NCBI GenBank assembly: GCA_051294375.1
Contig: CM119265.1
Span: 25,676,767-25,740,766, forward strand
Direction: 5' to 3'
From: Paraspadella gotoi
Taxonomy: Eukaryota; Animalia; Chaetognatha
DNA length: 64,000 nucleotides
Position numbers and translations under genes: made by a program. Within the stretch, counting starts at the first letter, position 1; every line of letters begins with the position of its first letter. Of the stretch, positions 1-14,183 are shown in pieces. Under the pieces are notes generated by a model. That model was given only the letters and a program-made list of their open reading frames with translations, did no database searches and was not told the DNA's origin.

Positions 1-34
<34 letters not shown>

Positions 35-3000
35 CACTTTATGAATAAAGTTTCGTGTTATGATTCTAAACAAACCAATAAATAAAGAGCGAGACACAAA
101 ATCCTCAGGAATTTAGTCATAATTTATTTTTTTCCGATAGAATTTTTCTTTTTTTAGTTTTTTATCATTTTTTTTTTCTTCTTATCGTCGGCCTGGGGAT
201 ACAGAAGAAAAGAAAACTTAATCTTTTGTTTCTATTTATAGATTGAAATGATAAATAATCCCGGAATAAATTTTGAAGGGAGGAGGAAAAAATGATATCG
301 ATTTCCGTAATAGTCAGTATTTCATTTTTTATAGTTGTTGTGGTTGTCGTTGCGGAGTTTGAATGACAACGAATTATAACGTTAACTAAACAAAGAGACA
401 AATTTTGTTAACAACTGTTATTACTGTTACATCTGTTTAAGCAATCAAGACTTGATAAGCGTACTTTTTAAACTTGTTAAAAAGTTAAATAATCAGGAAT
501 TGAACCCGAGTCCTTCCGGCTTGACCTTGCAGTTCCGCATATGATCCAATTATCAACAAATGTCCTACTACTGGTCACCCTTGGCTTCCCCTACCCCNNN
601 NNNNNNNNNNNNNNNNNNNNNNNNNNNNNNNNNNNNNNNNNNNNNNNNNNNNNNNNNNNNNNNNNNNNNNNNNNNNNNNNNNNNNNNNNNNNNNNNNNNN
701 NNNNNNNNNNNNNNNNNNNNNNNNNNNNNNNNNNNNNNNNNNNNNNNNNNNNNNNNNNNNNNNNNNNNNNNNNNNNNNNNNNNNNNNNNNNNNNNNNNNN
801 NNNNNNNNNNNNNNNNNNNNNNNNNNNNNNNNNNNNNNNNNTCTCTCTTTCGCTCTCATCACATTAAAACGCGGTTCATCGCCTTTCGCGGTTATTTCGT
901 CATGCGGTTTCATAATCTAATTTGCATATTGCGATCAAAATTCATTATCTATGAGACAGAAATATGAGTTTACCTACGATACGCAATTAGTGTTGGAATG
1001 AGAAACAATGTCTTAAAGCGGCATAAATATATTCAATACACATTATATGATAATTTTCTCTTTAAATACTCAAAATATCCAATTTTTTTAAAAATCAGTG
1101 TTGAAATCCATGTATCGATTATTTCGCATGTTCCTTTCTTCATCCCATTTCCCCCCCCCCCTTTTTTTTGTTACTTTCTCCGTTATTAAATTTTTTAAAA
1201 TTATAATTTTTTCTCTTGCTCTTTTGTCAGAGAACAGATTTACTTGGGTTTTGTTGGGCGTGTCCCGATTCCAACGAACCGGAAGTGATGAAGACTCCAA
1301 TTGACTCCGCAATTGTTGGATCGAGAAAATGATTATGATCGGTTTTGACTGGAATTGATTGGATCAGATGAAAGTGGTTTCAGATTTAATGGTTGGTGTT
1401 GATTAGATTCCTCATAATTTTAAATTTGTCGAACGTTTCTCTTTTTTTTCCTATTTTTTTGACACGCTAAACGTTTCTGTACGCAAAATTTTCATTGAAA
1501 AAAATAAAAATTAATAGTACCAATAGTTAGTGTTATGTCTCGAATAGATGAAAAAAAACTCGTTTAAAAATTCGATCGGGAAGTGGGGTAACTAAGGCTT
1601 ACCAATGGCATCCTCCACGCCAATGTTCTCTCTCAATAATTTTTTTATTTAAAACATTGAAAGGGAAAAAAAGAAAATTCGAGAATGCAGGTTGCAGAAA
1701 GGGTACAGATAATATAGACATACTGACATGATAATCATGACCTTTTATGTCTTGTGAAAGGGGGCAGTAAAGAAACCTAAAAAATTCGATCATTAAGTCA
1801 GTCAATGAACCCTTTCCAATGGGCTATTCGCAAAATTTTTTTTCTTAATTAACGGATGATAAGTAATAGAATTTAAATTCCTTGTATAAGGTTGTATATT
1901 TAAAAGAAATTATCAATACAAATAACACAATGATGTCTTGCTTTGTCAAATATGTCACCAGCTTGTAATTTTTTTAAATTTTATTATGATAAACAAGCAG
2001 CGTGTCAAGCTTTTTGTTGCAGTTAAGATAATGGAAAATGACATTTTTTTTTCACAGACAAGAGGTAGATGTCCAGACTGTTTATATCAATCTGAAAATA
2101 TTTTGTGTATTTATCATTTTTCATATTTTAAAAAACATTTTTATCAGCTACTTCATAAATTTTTGCTTGTTTTTTTAACTTTAACTATAAAATACAAGCA
2201 AATTTTATAGAGATAGAGAAAATTTAATGGTAATCAAAATGTTATTTAGTCTTTCCTTTTTCAAATTACGAAAGAAGCAAAAAATTTCACTGCCTTCATT
2301 GAAAATTTTTAATGCAAAAAACTGTTATACTTTTAACTCTGATTTAAAAAAGCTGTGTAAAGATTTATGGATAAATTTAATAAAACTATTTCAGAGAGAT
2401 GTCCCATGATTAGGCTTTAATTTTAATACCTACCCACTTTCCTACCTCTTTTCTTTCCAAAGTTATTCAAGAAAATAACTTTTTTTACGTGAGAGACTAA
2501 GATTGAACTACGCAGTACAAATCTTTGTTAAATAAAAATTTCGGCAAAGCGGGAGATCTCAATTTATCCTATTGGTACAATACTTAATTTTAAAATAAAA
2601 CTTAAAGAAAATTTTTCGTTCGTCTAGAGACATATCACTTTCAGTTACCTATCGTCTTACACATTTATGATTATGCTGGAATGAAATCAGCAAAACGTTT
2701 TCTCTTTTTTTTAAATTGTTTGTACTAGCGCGTCAGAAATCTAGAGAAACTCGAAAATTTATTTCTGACAAGTTTTGCCTTTCAGGCGACGTTTATGACT
2801 ATATCTCGGGAAAACCATTGTAGGAATTTAAAAACGGTTTTTGCAAGTGAATATTGATATCATCCTCGAGGGACCGGCATTAAAATATTATAAAAAAATT
2901 AAACTAATATTGGCTCTCGGTGAGGTATCTATGTTAGATTAATGCTTGAGAAGAGAGAGGAGAGAGAGAGAGAGAGGAGAGACGAGAGAGAGAGAGAGGA

Positions 3001-3694
3001 AGAGAGGAGAGAGAGAGAGAAATGGAAATGATGAGGATTATNNNNNNNNNNNNNNNNNNNNNNNNNTATGGAAAAAATACTGTCACCTGTCTGTGTCATT
3101 TCTGATTTGTTTGTCATATTTTTATCTCTTAGTATGTCTCAAAATAATAAAGAAAAATCCTTCAAGACAAAATTAGCTTTCTTTCAAGCATATGTTTTGT
3201 TTTTTGTTTTTTTTTAACAATTTGACGCGGCCCCCAGTGGCAGCTAATAAAAAAATGAAATCAATTTTTCTTCTTTGTTATTTAATGCAAATTTCTGGCC
3301 ACCCACTTTGATATTTTCTCCCGATAAATATCATACAAACAACAGAAGCTGTAAAGACAAAAAACTACGTTTCTTAGAAAGAAATAAAAACAAACTGTAT
3401 ATATATATATATATTGTTGGCTTTCTCTTTACGTTGGAAGAATTTTTGTACATTTTATACCAGGTCCAGAATTTTACTTTCACTAATATTAGACGTATTC
3501 ATTTTTTAAAATATAATTAAATTTAAAAAAAAATGGAATATTTGAGATTATATATCTGTTATTTCATTACACTTGAAAAAGTCAATAATTCCCTTTGCCA
3601 AATAGGAAAAACGTTTAAATTTTGAATATATTTTTTTCGAATAAAATTTTCCACCAGTATCACTTTCGTACGACACACAATATTGCAAGAGAAG

Positions 3695-4945
3695 ATGCTG
3701 CTACTGCAGACACAACGTGGGTCGCCACCAATGGCTCAGTCGATGCTGTTGGTTCTGCTCATTTGGTCGATCTTGTTGGCTTCAATGTCCGATGGATTGC
3801 AATGCTGGGGACCGTCAAAAGACAAAAATTGCGAAGTAAGGGTCACATTTTTAAACCATTTATTTTGAATAAAACCAAATGTGTACCGTTTCTCTAAGAC
3901 TTCGCTATCTTTTATTCAGTTTGAGAACAATGAAAACGTGGAAACTTCTAGTTGTGTCAAGGTTGATTGTCCCACAAACGATAAGTCAATATTTATCTCG
4001 TTTTAAAATCAATATTCGTACATATTCGTATACGTTTATGATTTACTGAAGGCTCTCTTTCATCTGTCGTTTAAAAACATTTTTCTTTTGGTCAAATCTA
4101 ATTTTAAATTAGTATCAGAATTCGAATCAAAAGTTCAAAAGACAAATAACAAAAACAACAAATAACAAATAAAAAATAATATGAATTATTGAGATTTTTT
4201 ACAGTACGCATGCGCGCGTAAAATTTCTAAGTTCAATATTTTTGGTACCCAGGGGACGAAAACCAAATTAAAAGTTTGTCGAACCGCAGAAAAATTGGAC
4301 TGCGTTGCTAAAGAAGCATCTGAGGCGACTTACCACCGGACTCTCTCTCTAAACATCCCTCATTGTTGCATGTGGAGGTGAGCGGCTCAATAGTTTTGAG
4401 TCGGATCTTCTTATCAGCAAATTCCGACTCTGTAATTCACTTTGTCCGTCCGTAGGTCCCCCCTTAATCTTGTCGGTAAGTCACTTATATCGTGTCAGAA
4501 TATCCAATTATGATAAATTATGCAAAAAAAAATAATGTCCGTCCACCTGTTTGCGTGTCCGTCCCACCTTATCGAAAAGTCCAATTACTCGTTATTGCAT
4601 CTCAGATGGAATCGGAACCAAAAATGGAAAAAAGAATTATACCAAAAAAAATGAATAGAATATTCATAATATTATTTTTATTGACAAAATTTTTTTTTTC
4701 AAATTATCAAAAATTATTTGTGCCGGAGTAACAATCAATTTAATCCCTTGAAAGTGATTTACATGAATATAAATATTAAATATCATTAAAACAACAAAAG
4801 CTGTCAAGACACAAAACTACGTCAATACGCAGGGACGGTATTTTGTTACTGCGACAGGGATCTTTGCAAAGGCGTCGCCCGTGGGATGCTTTCTGTCGTC
4901 GTCATCTTCCTAAGCTTCGTCGTCGCCGTCATCATTGATCATTGA
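3695..4945 (+). CDS. Ly6/uPAR-like (three-finger) GPI-type protein, paralog A; multi-exon, with one phase mismatch (sequence error or pseudogene)
   Basis: Exon 3695-3835 MLLLQ...LLVLLIWSILLASMSDG-LQCWGPSKDKNCE|gtaag (signal peptide + LxC start). Exon from 3920 FENNENVETSSCVK. Exon ~4253-4377 with further Cys. Last exon 4833-4945 TVFCYCDRDLCKGVARGMLSVVVIFLSFVVAVIIDH* (CxC-x3-LC + hydrophobic tail). Confidence 0.65.
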
Positions 4946-5680
4946 TCTTTTGCGGAAGAAGTGAGATTTCAATGCATTCGCTTCTTCAAATTTGTCATTG
5001 TGATTAAACTTTTGTCATAAATATATTACTGAAATGTATGACTTTTTTACACTATAGCATTAAAAATTCGATCAAAAGAGACTTATGTATTCCGAATGGC
5101 TTTATACTTTACTTTGAAATTATTTGTAAAACATGGGTAAAAGATTCTCAATATTTCTGCCCTTCCTCAGCATCGACTACTGCCTGCATTCGTCTGGGCA
5201 ATGGGGGCATGCTCTCATACAGCAAATTGAGGAAAGACAGTGAAAGGTTTTTCTACATCCTTAAAGCAATTTTTTTCAGCCCTTATATTAATGTTGCGCG
5301 TCTTTCCCTATTTTCTGAGAGCTATAATAGCACTTTTTTGAACCAAAAATAGGTGCGAGGCCTTTAGCAATGACAAATTTTAAAAAAAAATAATTAACTT
5401 TATTTGAAATATAAAAAAAATTTCAAAAAAAAAGTAAAAATAAAAACAAATGTCAAATTTTGTTTTCTGGTCATCCTGACCTTTTAGATCGAAGATTCGT
5501 CAACGTTGTAAGACAACCTAATCTAATTAGTCGGTTGAACTTTGAAAATTTGAATTTTGGCGGTTACTTTCCCTCAAATGCGGATTATGTTTCAAATCAA
5601 TCTAAAAAATCTCTTCAAACGAAATCGACTTCATTTTTGTCGACGCAAAATTGTCTCAAACAAGATTTTTTCCAAGAGAA

Positions 5681-8600
5681 ATGACGCCGCTCAAGGCACG
5701 AGACCGAGCGGTACCATCTGCTTTGTCCATCTTACTTCCGATTATCATTTCCCTACTGATCTTCGCTTCGACTTGCGAGGGACTCACATGCTGGGGACCA
5801 AATACAACAATTTTCGGACCTACTTGTTTGGTAAGGATGTGAATTCTTTTTTTGAAATGTTTAAAGTTTTTATTTTCAAACATACGAACAAAATCACGTA
5901 TACTCATTTACCGTAGTTATATATATAATTTGAAATGTTTTAATCTTCGGTCGGTCGATCTGTCGGTCCGTCGGTCGGTCTATCCCACTTGCTATTCAAA
6001 TGCTAACTTTCCCTCGGTTGCTCTTTTGTTAATTTTGCTCACACGGGAAGAACCGCTACCTTTCGCACGCTACCTTTTCCGATACAATGGTTGTCACGGT
6101 AATCACGTGATCACCCGAAAATAACACTGCAACGGTTATTATCTTTTTTTTAATACAAAACTCGTACACATAGGCAAGTTTATTACGCTTCGTCATTTTC
6201 GCGTCAGCCAGTGGGAAGTAAAAACGTGACGAAGCAGGTAACCGAGCTCAATATCCCCAGGTTTCTTGGATCAAAATTCTAAAACTGATCCCGGGCTTGG
6301 AACCAGGTTTACGGTTGTTAGGATTAAACCCAGATATCCAACAGAAGCAGAATTTGTTTTTTAAATTACGACTGACTGACTGACTGACATTAAGAGTTCG
6401 CTCAAAAAAAATTATGGGCAGAAATAATGACTGTTTTAGGGATAATGTTATTTGTATTTCTAGCATGAAAAAAATCTTAAAATTCGAAATAGAAAATCAT
6501 TAACCGAAATTTGTACTAAGTTCATTACAATTTNNNNNNNNNNNNNNNNNNNNNNNNNAAAAAAAGAATTGTGAAGGCATCTACACATATACGTCATATA
6601 CATACTGAGCAAGGATAGGTAGGGACGAGTAGTGCCGAATTATAGGCGTCACTGATTTTTATCGCGGTACGTACGCGTCATCGTCCGTCGTATTGTCATC
6701 TTAAACAGAGTGCTCACAGTAGATCGTCGTCCAACCTGCACGATCGGCACTCATCTGTTCCCAGTCTAAAACTAGATGTTACTTGTCTCCCAATTCATAT
6801 TAAACATACATCGTACCTCTCACCTACTTCTACTCATGATTCTTTTATCGGTACGCGCGACAGCACTCCGTCATCAGTTTCGCCCAGCAGGAGCAGCAGA
6901 GAGAGAGGAGAGGAGAGAGAACGTGAGCAGAAAGTCAACGCGTAAGATCTTAGCAGATGAGAGAGAAGAAATTCTGTTTGAATAGCGTGATCTCCGGCCT
7001 CCGGTCACAATCACAATCTTCAGTCCTGCTCTCAGATCGGCTCAAGCAGCGATACTTCACTCATCGTGGTCAGTTCCTGTCTGTAACTTGTGGTTCAAAA
7101 TTTTGAAGAGACACCGATCAATAGCGATTCGTAACGGAAGGAGCCTCTACACATCTCGAACACGCTAGCGAGAGGAAGATCAATTGGATAGTTATCATGA
7201 GGAGTTCACAAATTCGTTGTGAGCAGTAGCTTCAAGGGCGTGCATGTCGGATCGAAAACATTGTAGTGGTCCTGTTATTTTGTTATTATATTTCGATTTA
7301 CTCTGAGTATATTTATCTGATTAATCAGTAATATGTAGTTATGGGTCGTGAGATGATTACAGCGTAGCTTGTTTTAGTTTGTTTAGAGAGATGAGGGAGA
7401 ACGAGAGAATGGAAGGAGGGGAAGTGAGAGAGAGAGAAATTTATATAGACTAGAAGGTTGTTTTGTTTGTATGGAGTTTCGTAGAAGAAAAGCAGAGTAT
7501 GCAGATGCAAGAAGAACGCACACGAGAGAGCATAGAGTATAAAACCTTCAACAAAATATGAGATAATATTATTTTCAGTATGTCATATTCAACTTGATTT
7601 CTATTATAGAACACGAATTAATCACATATGATATGTAAAGTAATATTTATTAGGAATTAACAGTTTAAAAGCACGAGTAGAATCAAACGCTAAATGGGAA
7701 AAAATTTATGTTAAAATGATAAAAGACAATAAACGTTAATTGTATGCAACTAGCAGCTAGAAAAGAGCCGAGAGATGATGAGAATAAGTTAATAATTATG
7801 GAGAAAAGCGAGCTCTTCAATTTCATAAATTGTATGTGGTTTCACTTATTATCAAGTGAAATATAAGCTACTATATCAAAGATATTCCGCTTTATCACGT
7901 ACGATATCTATTTATTATTTGTCCACATGTCGAGAAATTGTTCCATATTATAATTTTAAATAAGACAAATCACAAAAAACTGTTCTAAGATAATGGAGTA
8001 ATGTAAAGGAGACGTGAAGCACATAGAAGGATTAAAAGTACGTGGATGACAAGACAAAGTACGCATCGACATATAAACGGACGCAATAATGATCTACATA
8101 GCAAACCGATAGAGAACGACAAATTGGGCACAACAAAAATCTGCCGGGGCACGCACTGCTACACACCGTTGCAAAGAATCCGATCCAGCAGTGTGCGGAC
8201 AGCTTTAAAATATTGCCAAGATTTCTGAGAGTAAGCAGTAAGAGCCATGGAACTGTATAATTAAGAGCCTTCAATGGGTTATCGGTAAGACAATAATTAT
8301 ATACAATCTAAGTTTTTACGATGATTTATTACAACAATCTTAAGTACTAAACGCATAGGTAATCGTATATGAAATCAGTTATTTTATTCGTCTAGTAATA
8401 CAGTATCTAAAAATATTATTTAAAAATGCGCTGTCATATCATACTTAAATGAGCGTCAACCGTAGATTAGATTATATAATTCAATGATCCTAGTATCAGT
8501 ATTAGTTTGCACTCTAATCTATTTTATGTTTAATCTTAACTCTATTCTACAAATCAAGTAAAGATATTTGCTGCCAGTTTTCCTTAAAGTGTGAACCACA

Positions 8601-10302
8601 ATAACAGAGATTTTTTTTTCAAAAAACAACTGTCGCTTTTAATATCATAGTTATATGTTGAGAAAAAACTTAAGTGACCTATATTTCCAATTGTGTTATT
8701 TCCAATTAAGATGTACTTTAAGATCTCCACTTTTCATCTTTTCTCTTCCATTCTGTTACTTTGCCTTCCATTTATCATCTAATTTCCATTCTTGTGGTTG
8801 TTCCTTTTACGCAACAGACAAGCGCTATCTATTTCAAAGGACGCCCACAAAAGCACGAACGCGCTGTGATCGGACCAATAAGTCTCATATACATATCTAA
8901 TAGGTTAGTACTCGACACTGAGAGACCAGTGAGCGTATCAGTCACTCACACGATCAACGGCATGACAGGGAGGTTTACCGAGCTATATCTGATAGATTAA
9001 GGAATACTTGACTTGACTAAAATAGACAGAGGATCGATCCAAATCGAGGGGGTAACTATAACGTAAATTTATTCTTTTGTTAATTGATTAACATGGACGT
9101 ACAAAGGGAAGAACGATTTAAAGAATACAAAGCTGATATAGTAACATAGTCATAAGCAATTATTACACACAAAATAAGTAAGATAAAGACGGAACGGATC
9201 AGAGTTTTTGGGGTATTAGTGGTCGACGGGATGCAATAATTCTTTCGGATATTTGTGAAAAATTATGGGCGAGAGAGAGAGAGAGAAAGCCGGGAATTAT
9301 GAGACGAAGACGATCATAATTCATGCTCTTTTTACAGTATTACAGTATTACACTGATGGAGACTTAAAATATTCTCCACGTCAAAACAAAAAACGTTTTT
9401 ACGACAAAGAAAATGAAATAAAAATGTGTTCAAGTCGCTTTAACCAACTTTCCCTGTACTAAGATTCATCATGAATCATCTGTCCAAGTGGTAACTTTGA
9501 TTCGTTCTTGAGACTCTGCGATTATGAGTGGTAAAACTGGGTTTCCCTGTACTTGACAATAAAGAAGGCGGCGACTGAGATCAAAGAGATTTGACTGTAA
9601 CGAGTTTTTCGTGTGACTTAAGTTTTTTTCTCTTTACNNNNNNNNNNAGTTCATTACAATTTACAAATATCAAAAAATTATTGCAATGCCCGACGACACA
9701 TATATACACTCAAAACTTCAGACCCGTTGTAATACTGTAGTGAAAGCTTTTTAACGATTCCTAACGCAAAATCAAATTAAACAGATATTCTAAACCAATA
9801 CGGTTTTTACAGTCCAGCTGCCATCGACAAACGGTAACGAAGGGCGAAAACTGGTCGGGGACCTTATTGTTTGGATGCGTAAGCGTGAGCGCGTCTGAAA
9901 TGATCTGCGTGGAAGGAACCGAGGATCTTATTGGGGAGGTCTTGGGTAAGAATCTTGAAAAGAATCTTCACTTCACATTTTTCACGTTAGGAAATCTTGT
10001 TTGAGAAAACGTTGTCCAAACAAAAGCAGGATTTAATTTCTACGAAAGTGATACAATGTAGTATAAGAATATAATTTTTAATTTGAAGTTTAAGACGTTA
10101 AAACTTTAATTTTTAGATACTGCTGAAAAAAAAATCATATACGTTTTATAGTATATCTAATTAAATTAATTTCGAATTATATTTATTTACAGAAACGATT
10201 AGCTGTCACTGTGACTCGGATCTTTGCAACGGCGTCGTCCGCGCTGCTGGTTCCATTGTCGTCTTCGTCGGCGTCGTCGTCTCCATCTTTAATTCCATTT
10301 GA
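5681..10302 (+). CDS. Ly6/uPAR-like (three-finger) GPI-type protein, paralog B; exons 5681-5830, 9813-9945, 10193-10302
   Basis: Exons join in phase (0, then 1) at GT-AG sites: MTPLKARDRAVPSALSILLPIIISLLIFASTCEG-LTCWGPNTTIFGPTCL/SSCHRQTVTKGENWSGTLLFGCVSVSASEMICVEGTEDLIGEVL/ETISCHCDSDLCNGVVRAAGSIVVFVGVVVSIFNSI*. Signal peptide, 8 Cys in the mature part, terminal DLCN, GPI-like tail. Confidence 0.8.
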
Positions 10303-11232
10303 ATTTTTGTGACAGAAAAGAAAATTCAATGTGATAAAAATTGAGATTATAGCTAAAGTTTACTTGTAAATGCAAAATATAATCAGGTCGCATAAAAATG
10401 TTTTTTAGCCTGATTAGAACTTTTTTTTTACTATTCCATACATGTTTCCGTTTTAAAACTGTAATTTTAAATAAATATGCATAATATACTTTTAATGAAT
10501 CATAGACTCTTGAAATTTACTCATATTTTGAAGGTTTCCCTCTCTCTCTCNNNNNNNNNNNNNNNNNNNNNNNNNNNNNNNNNNNNNNNNNNNNNNNNNN
10601 NNNNNNNNNNNNNNNNNNNNNNNNNNNNNNNNNNNNNNNNNNNNNNNNNNNNNNNNNNNNNNNNNNNNNNNNNNNNNNNNNNNNNNNNNNNNNNNNNNNN
10701 NNNNNNNNNNNNNNNNNNNNNNNNNNNNNNNNNNNNNNNNNNNNNNNNNNNNNNNNNNNNNNNNNNNNNNNNNNNNNNNNNNNNNNNNNNNNNNNNNNNN
10801 NNNNNNNNNNNNNNNNNNNNNNNNNNNNNNNNNNNNNNNNNNNNNNNNNNNNNNNNNNNNNNNNNNNNNNNNNNNNNNNNNNNNNNNNNNNNNNNNNNNN
10901 NNNNNNNNNNNNNNNNNNNNNNNNNNNAAACGTGTTATCCCAAGATGACTAATATCTTCTTCTTCATCTTCATCCTCTCCGTCTCCTCTCTGTCTTCCTC
11001 TCTCTCTCTCTGTCCTCTCTCTTCTCCTCCTCTCACTCATCCTCTCTCTCTCTCACCTTCTGTCTCTCATTCTTCTCGCCATACTGTATCTCTGCCTGCT
11101 CTCTCTCTCTCTCTTCTTTCTACTATATATTAGTAATTTTACTATCGTAACTTCATCCTCACTGACGACTCTTGGTTCAATCGTTCAGCGTCAACTTGTG
11201 GCGGTTTTAATTTTCGATTTTCGGAATCGATC

Positions 11233-11267
<35 letters not shown>

Positions 11268-13750
11268 AGAGAGAACTTTTCTTTTTTATTATTTTTCTTT
11301 TATTTTTTCCTTAAAACTTTAAATTAGCGTCAAATGATTAAAAAAAACAAGTTATCCCCCAATATTACAATTCAAACTAAAATTAAACTGTTACACCATT
11401 CATGGTTTTCAAATTTGTTTTTTCGTATTTAAATAGAAATCTCTATCAGTAAAAACGTAAATTGCTTCCCAGGAAAACTTTGGAAGAGATGTTAACACAA
11501 AACAAAGCGAAACACTGCACTCAGAATATCGTTCGTTTCCGTATTTAATGGTTTTTCCGGTTTTAAGACACGAATTCCTAGAATCGTAAAATCCAGTTTT
11601 TCTCCGAAATCCCGGTTAAAGAGTTTATGGGTTGTGACCTATTTTTTCTATGGCGGAGTTTCCCCGGACTTTTTCTATAACTGCGCCTTGGCGGCCGGCA
11701 AATACATGATTAAAAAAAACATTGTGTAATTATGACCACAATTAAATTACAATTTTATTCAACACTAAAGAATTAATAAACTGGTTAGCACCATCGATGG
11801 GGTTTTGGTAGGTTCAGAATTTTTTTTCGTTTTGCGGGATAAATAGTTAAAAGGTAGAGAAAAAAAAAGACAAAGTTTTATTAGATTTCAACAATTGTTG
11901 TTATTGGGAAAAAAGACATGTGGTTCGAGGCTTTAGGTTTTTTCCAAGGCCTTCTTCAGTGTGTTAATTGGAAGAAAACCAAAAAGTCTCGAAACGAGGA
12001 TGTCTGTTTTGTGTTTCCGAGATATTAGTTAATAAAAACAAATTCGTTGTGAACGTAAATAAACTTGATGGGTTTTGTTCACGGTGAGATGAGAAATTCA
12101 TTTGTACAACCGAAAAGAGAGAAGAGAGAGGAGGAAGCGGAACGGAGGTAGAGAGGACAGAAGGTAGAGTGCAGGAGTAAGAAGACTGCGTATGATAAAT
12201 AGAGAAATCGCAGAAATCTCTTGAAATCTATTATTTAAAAAAACGTAAATTCGCGTATCCCAAGGAAGAAAAGCTGTGTGGGATGGGAAGAGAATGTTGA
12301 ACACAAAGGACAAACGACCGAAACTAACGCTGCACTGCGAATGAGAAGAAAGAGAGTTAATGGGAGGCAAGATGAGGATATTCAGTGATGAGATGGACTT
12401 CGCGCGCACGCCATCACGGTCGACGAGCAGACGAAATGGAGAATGGTTTAAGTGGGGAGTTGATTGCACGTGGTTTTTGTTAATGTTGTTTTTGATGAGG
12501 TTCGAGTTTAGAAGAGAGCACGGAAATTCCTAGAATCGTAAAATGAGATCCAGTTTGTGTGCTGCCGAGGAAAATCGGGGGAGGCGCTGCCGGAGGCGAG
12601 GCGCACGGCCGGTTATAAGAGTTGGTGATGGAGGAGTTGGTTGAGTGAGCCTGGGAATTTTTTCTATGGCGACTGAGTTATGTGCAACCACCGAGATGAG
12701 AGACTTATTCTATGTAATAATGAGCGCCGCTGTGGCGGCGACCGTACGTGCTCCATCTCTCTCTCTGCCGGTCTCTCTCTGCACTTCTCGTACTCTCTGG
12801 CAGTCTCTCTCTCTGCGTCTGCTCTTCTACGTCTCATCGTTCTCTCGTCTCTGAAATGACCTATCCTCTTTGAGGAATGGTGCTGTTCCGTGGTTAGGGG
12901 ACGTGTGTGGGAGAGCTTTTTTGTTTAATACTACTAGCCTCGAAGAAAGTGCCGGCGGTTGTGTTGAGGAATGAGGATGGATTAAGACGCAAAAACCAGC
13001 AGACAAGGGAAAGACAAAGAAAACTTTAAAGAAAGAAAGAAAAAAAATGTGCTTGTTGTGACGNNNNNNNNNNNNNNNNNNNNNNNNNAATCATTTCATT
13101 CAATTTCCTAATTAATTAACAAATATTCACTTTGCCCTCAAGGAGGCCCAATTATTTACGCAATGAAATTTGATTCCAAGAAAATCCTTCGTCCATGAGA
13201 AATTCTGATTTCTTTCAAACTCCACCTTAATCCGTTTCCTTTTTTTTAGCTTCCTTTCTTTCTTCCGTTTCCTTTTTTCCTTTCCTTAGTTTTTTCCCCT
13301 TTTTTTTGGATTTCTAAAATTTTTTGCCCCGTTTTTTTTTCAATATCATTTGTAAATAAGATAAATTGCCCGTTTTTTTTCCTCAAAATTNNNNNNNNNN
13401 NNNNNNNNNNNNNNNNNNNNNNNNNNNNNNNNNNNNNNNNNNNNNNNNNNNNNNNNNNNNNNNNNNNNNNNNNNNNNNNNNNNNNNNNNNNNNNNNNNNN
13501 NNNNNNNNNNNNNNNNNNNNNNNNNNNNNNNNNNNNNNNNNNNNNNNNNNNNNNNNNNNNNNNNNNNNNNNNNNNNNNNNNNNNNNNNNNNNNNNNNNTC
13601 CCTCTCTCTCCCTCTCCCTCTCCCTTTCTCTCTCTCCCCGACTTTAATTCACTGGCAATGATTTTCTTGTTAATTCATCTTCGCTTTTCCAAGTCAACCT
13701 TTGATTTTGATTAATGACTTTCCTCTGATTTTTTTTTCACTTTTGCAACG

Positions 13751-14183
13751 TTGACGTCTTCGTCGTCTTCGTCGTCGTCTTCGTCGTCGTCTTCGTCGTC
13801 ATCGTCAACTTCCTCATCGTCGACGTCGTCCTCATTGTCGTCGTCGTCATTGTTGTTTTCGTCGTCATCAAACTTGTCGTCATTGCAAACTTCCTCATCG
13901 TCGTCGTTGTTGTTATCATCGTCGTCTTCGTCGTCTTCTTCAACGTCGTCATTCTCACTTCGTTGTCGTCGTCTTCGTCGTCGTCATCGTCGTCGTCGAC
14001 CTCGATTTCCATTTTTCCTCTCGTCACAAACGTTCGTCAGTCATTGTTTTTCTTTCTCTCCGCCGGTGGCGCGATCGTCGCCACGCCCACTTCCTGTCGT
14101 CGTAATTGTTTTCGTCGTCGTATCCTCCTCCTTCCTCTTCCTCCTCCTCTTCCTCATCCTCTTCCCCCCCTGGAATGCGACAG
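13751..14183 (+). CDS. Candidate first (signal-peptide) exon of the DCC/neogenin gene; start codon not identified
   Basis: Open frame ending [35 protein letters not shown]|gtttct. The phase-1 donor is compatible with the Ig1 exon. No in-frame ATG seen and the region is low complexity. Confidence 0.35.

Noticed and set aside
470-1650. Possible - strand exons (~470-597, ~1243-1325, ~1602-1630) and a B-box-like GGTTCAATTCC
   Set aside because: Short, no recognisable domain, interrupted by a gap; cannot distinguish a gene tail from a SINE fragment.
6518-9662. 15-bp direct repeat AGTTCATTACAATTT flanking a 3.1-kb segment, resembling a target-site duplication
   Set aside because: Both ends abut N gaps and the interior is noisy with no transposon ORF; more likely overlapping contig ends plus gap fill.
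12100-13063. Diverged copy of ~11200-11900
   Set aside because: Differences are mostly scattered insertions typical of raw long-read error; treated as artefact.
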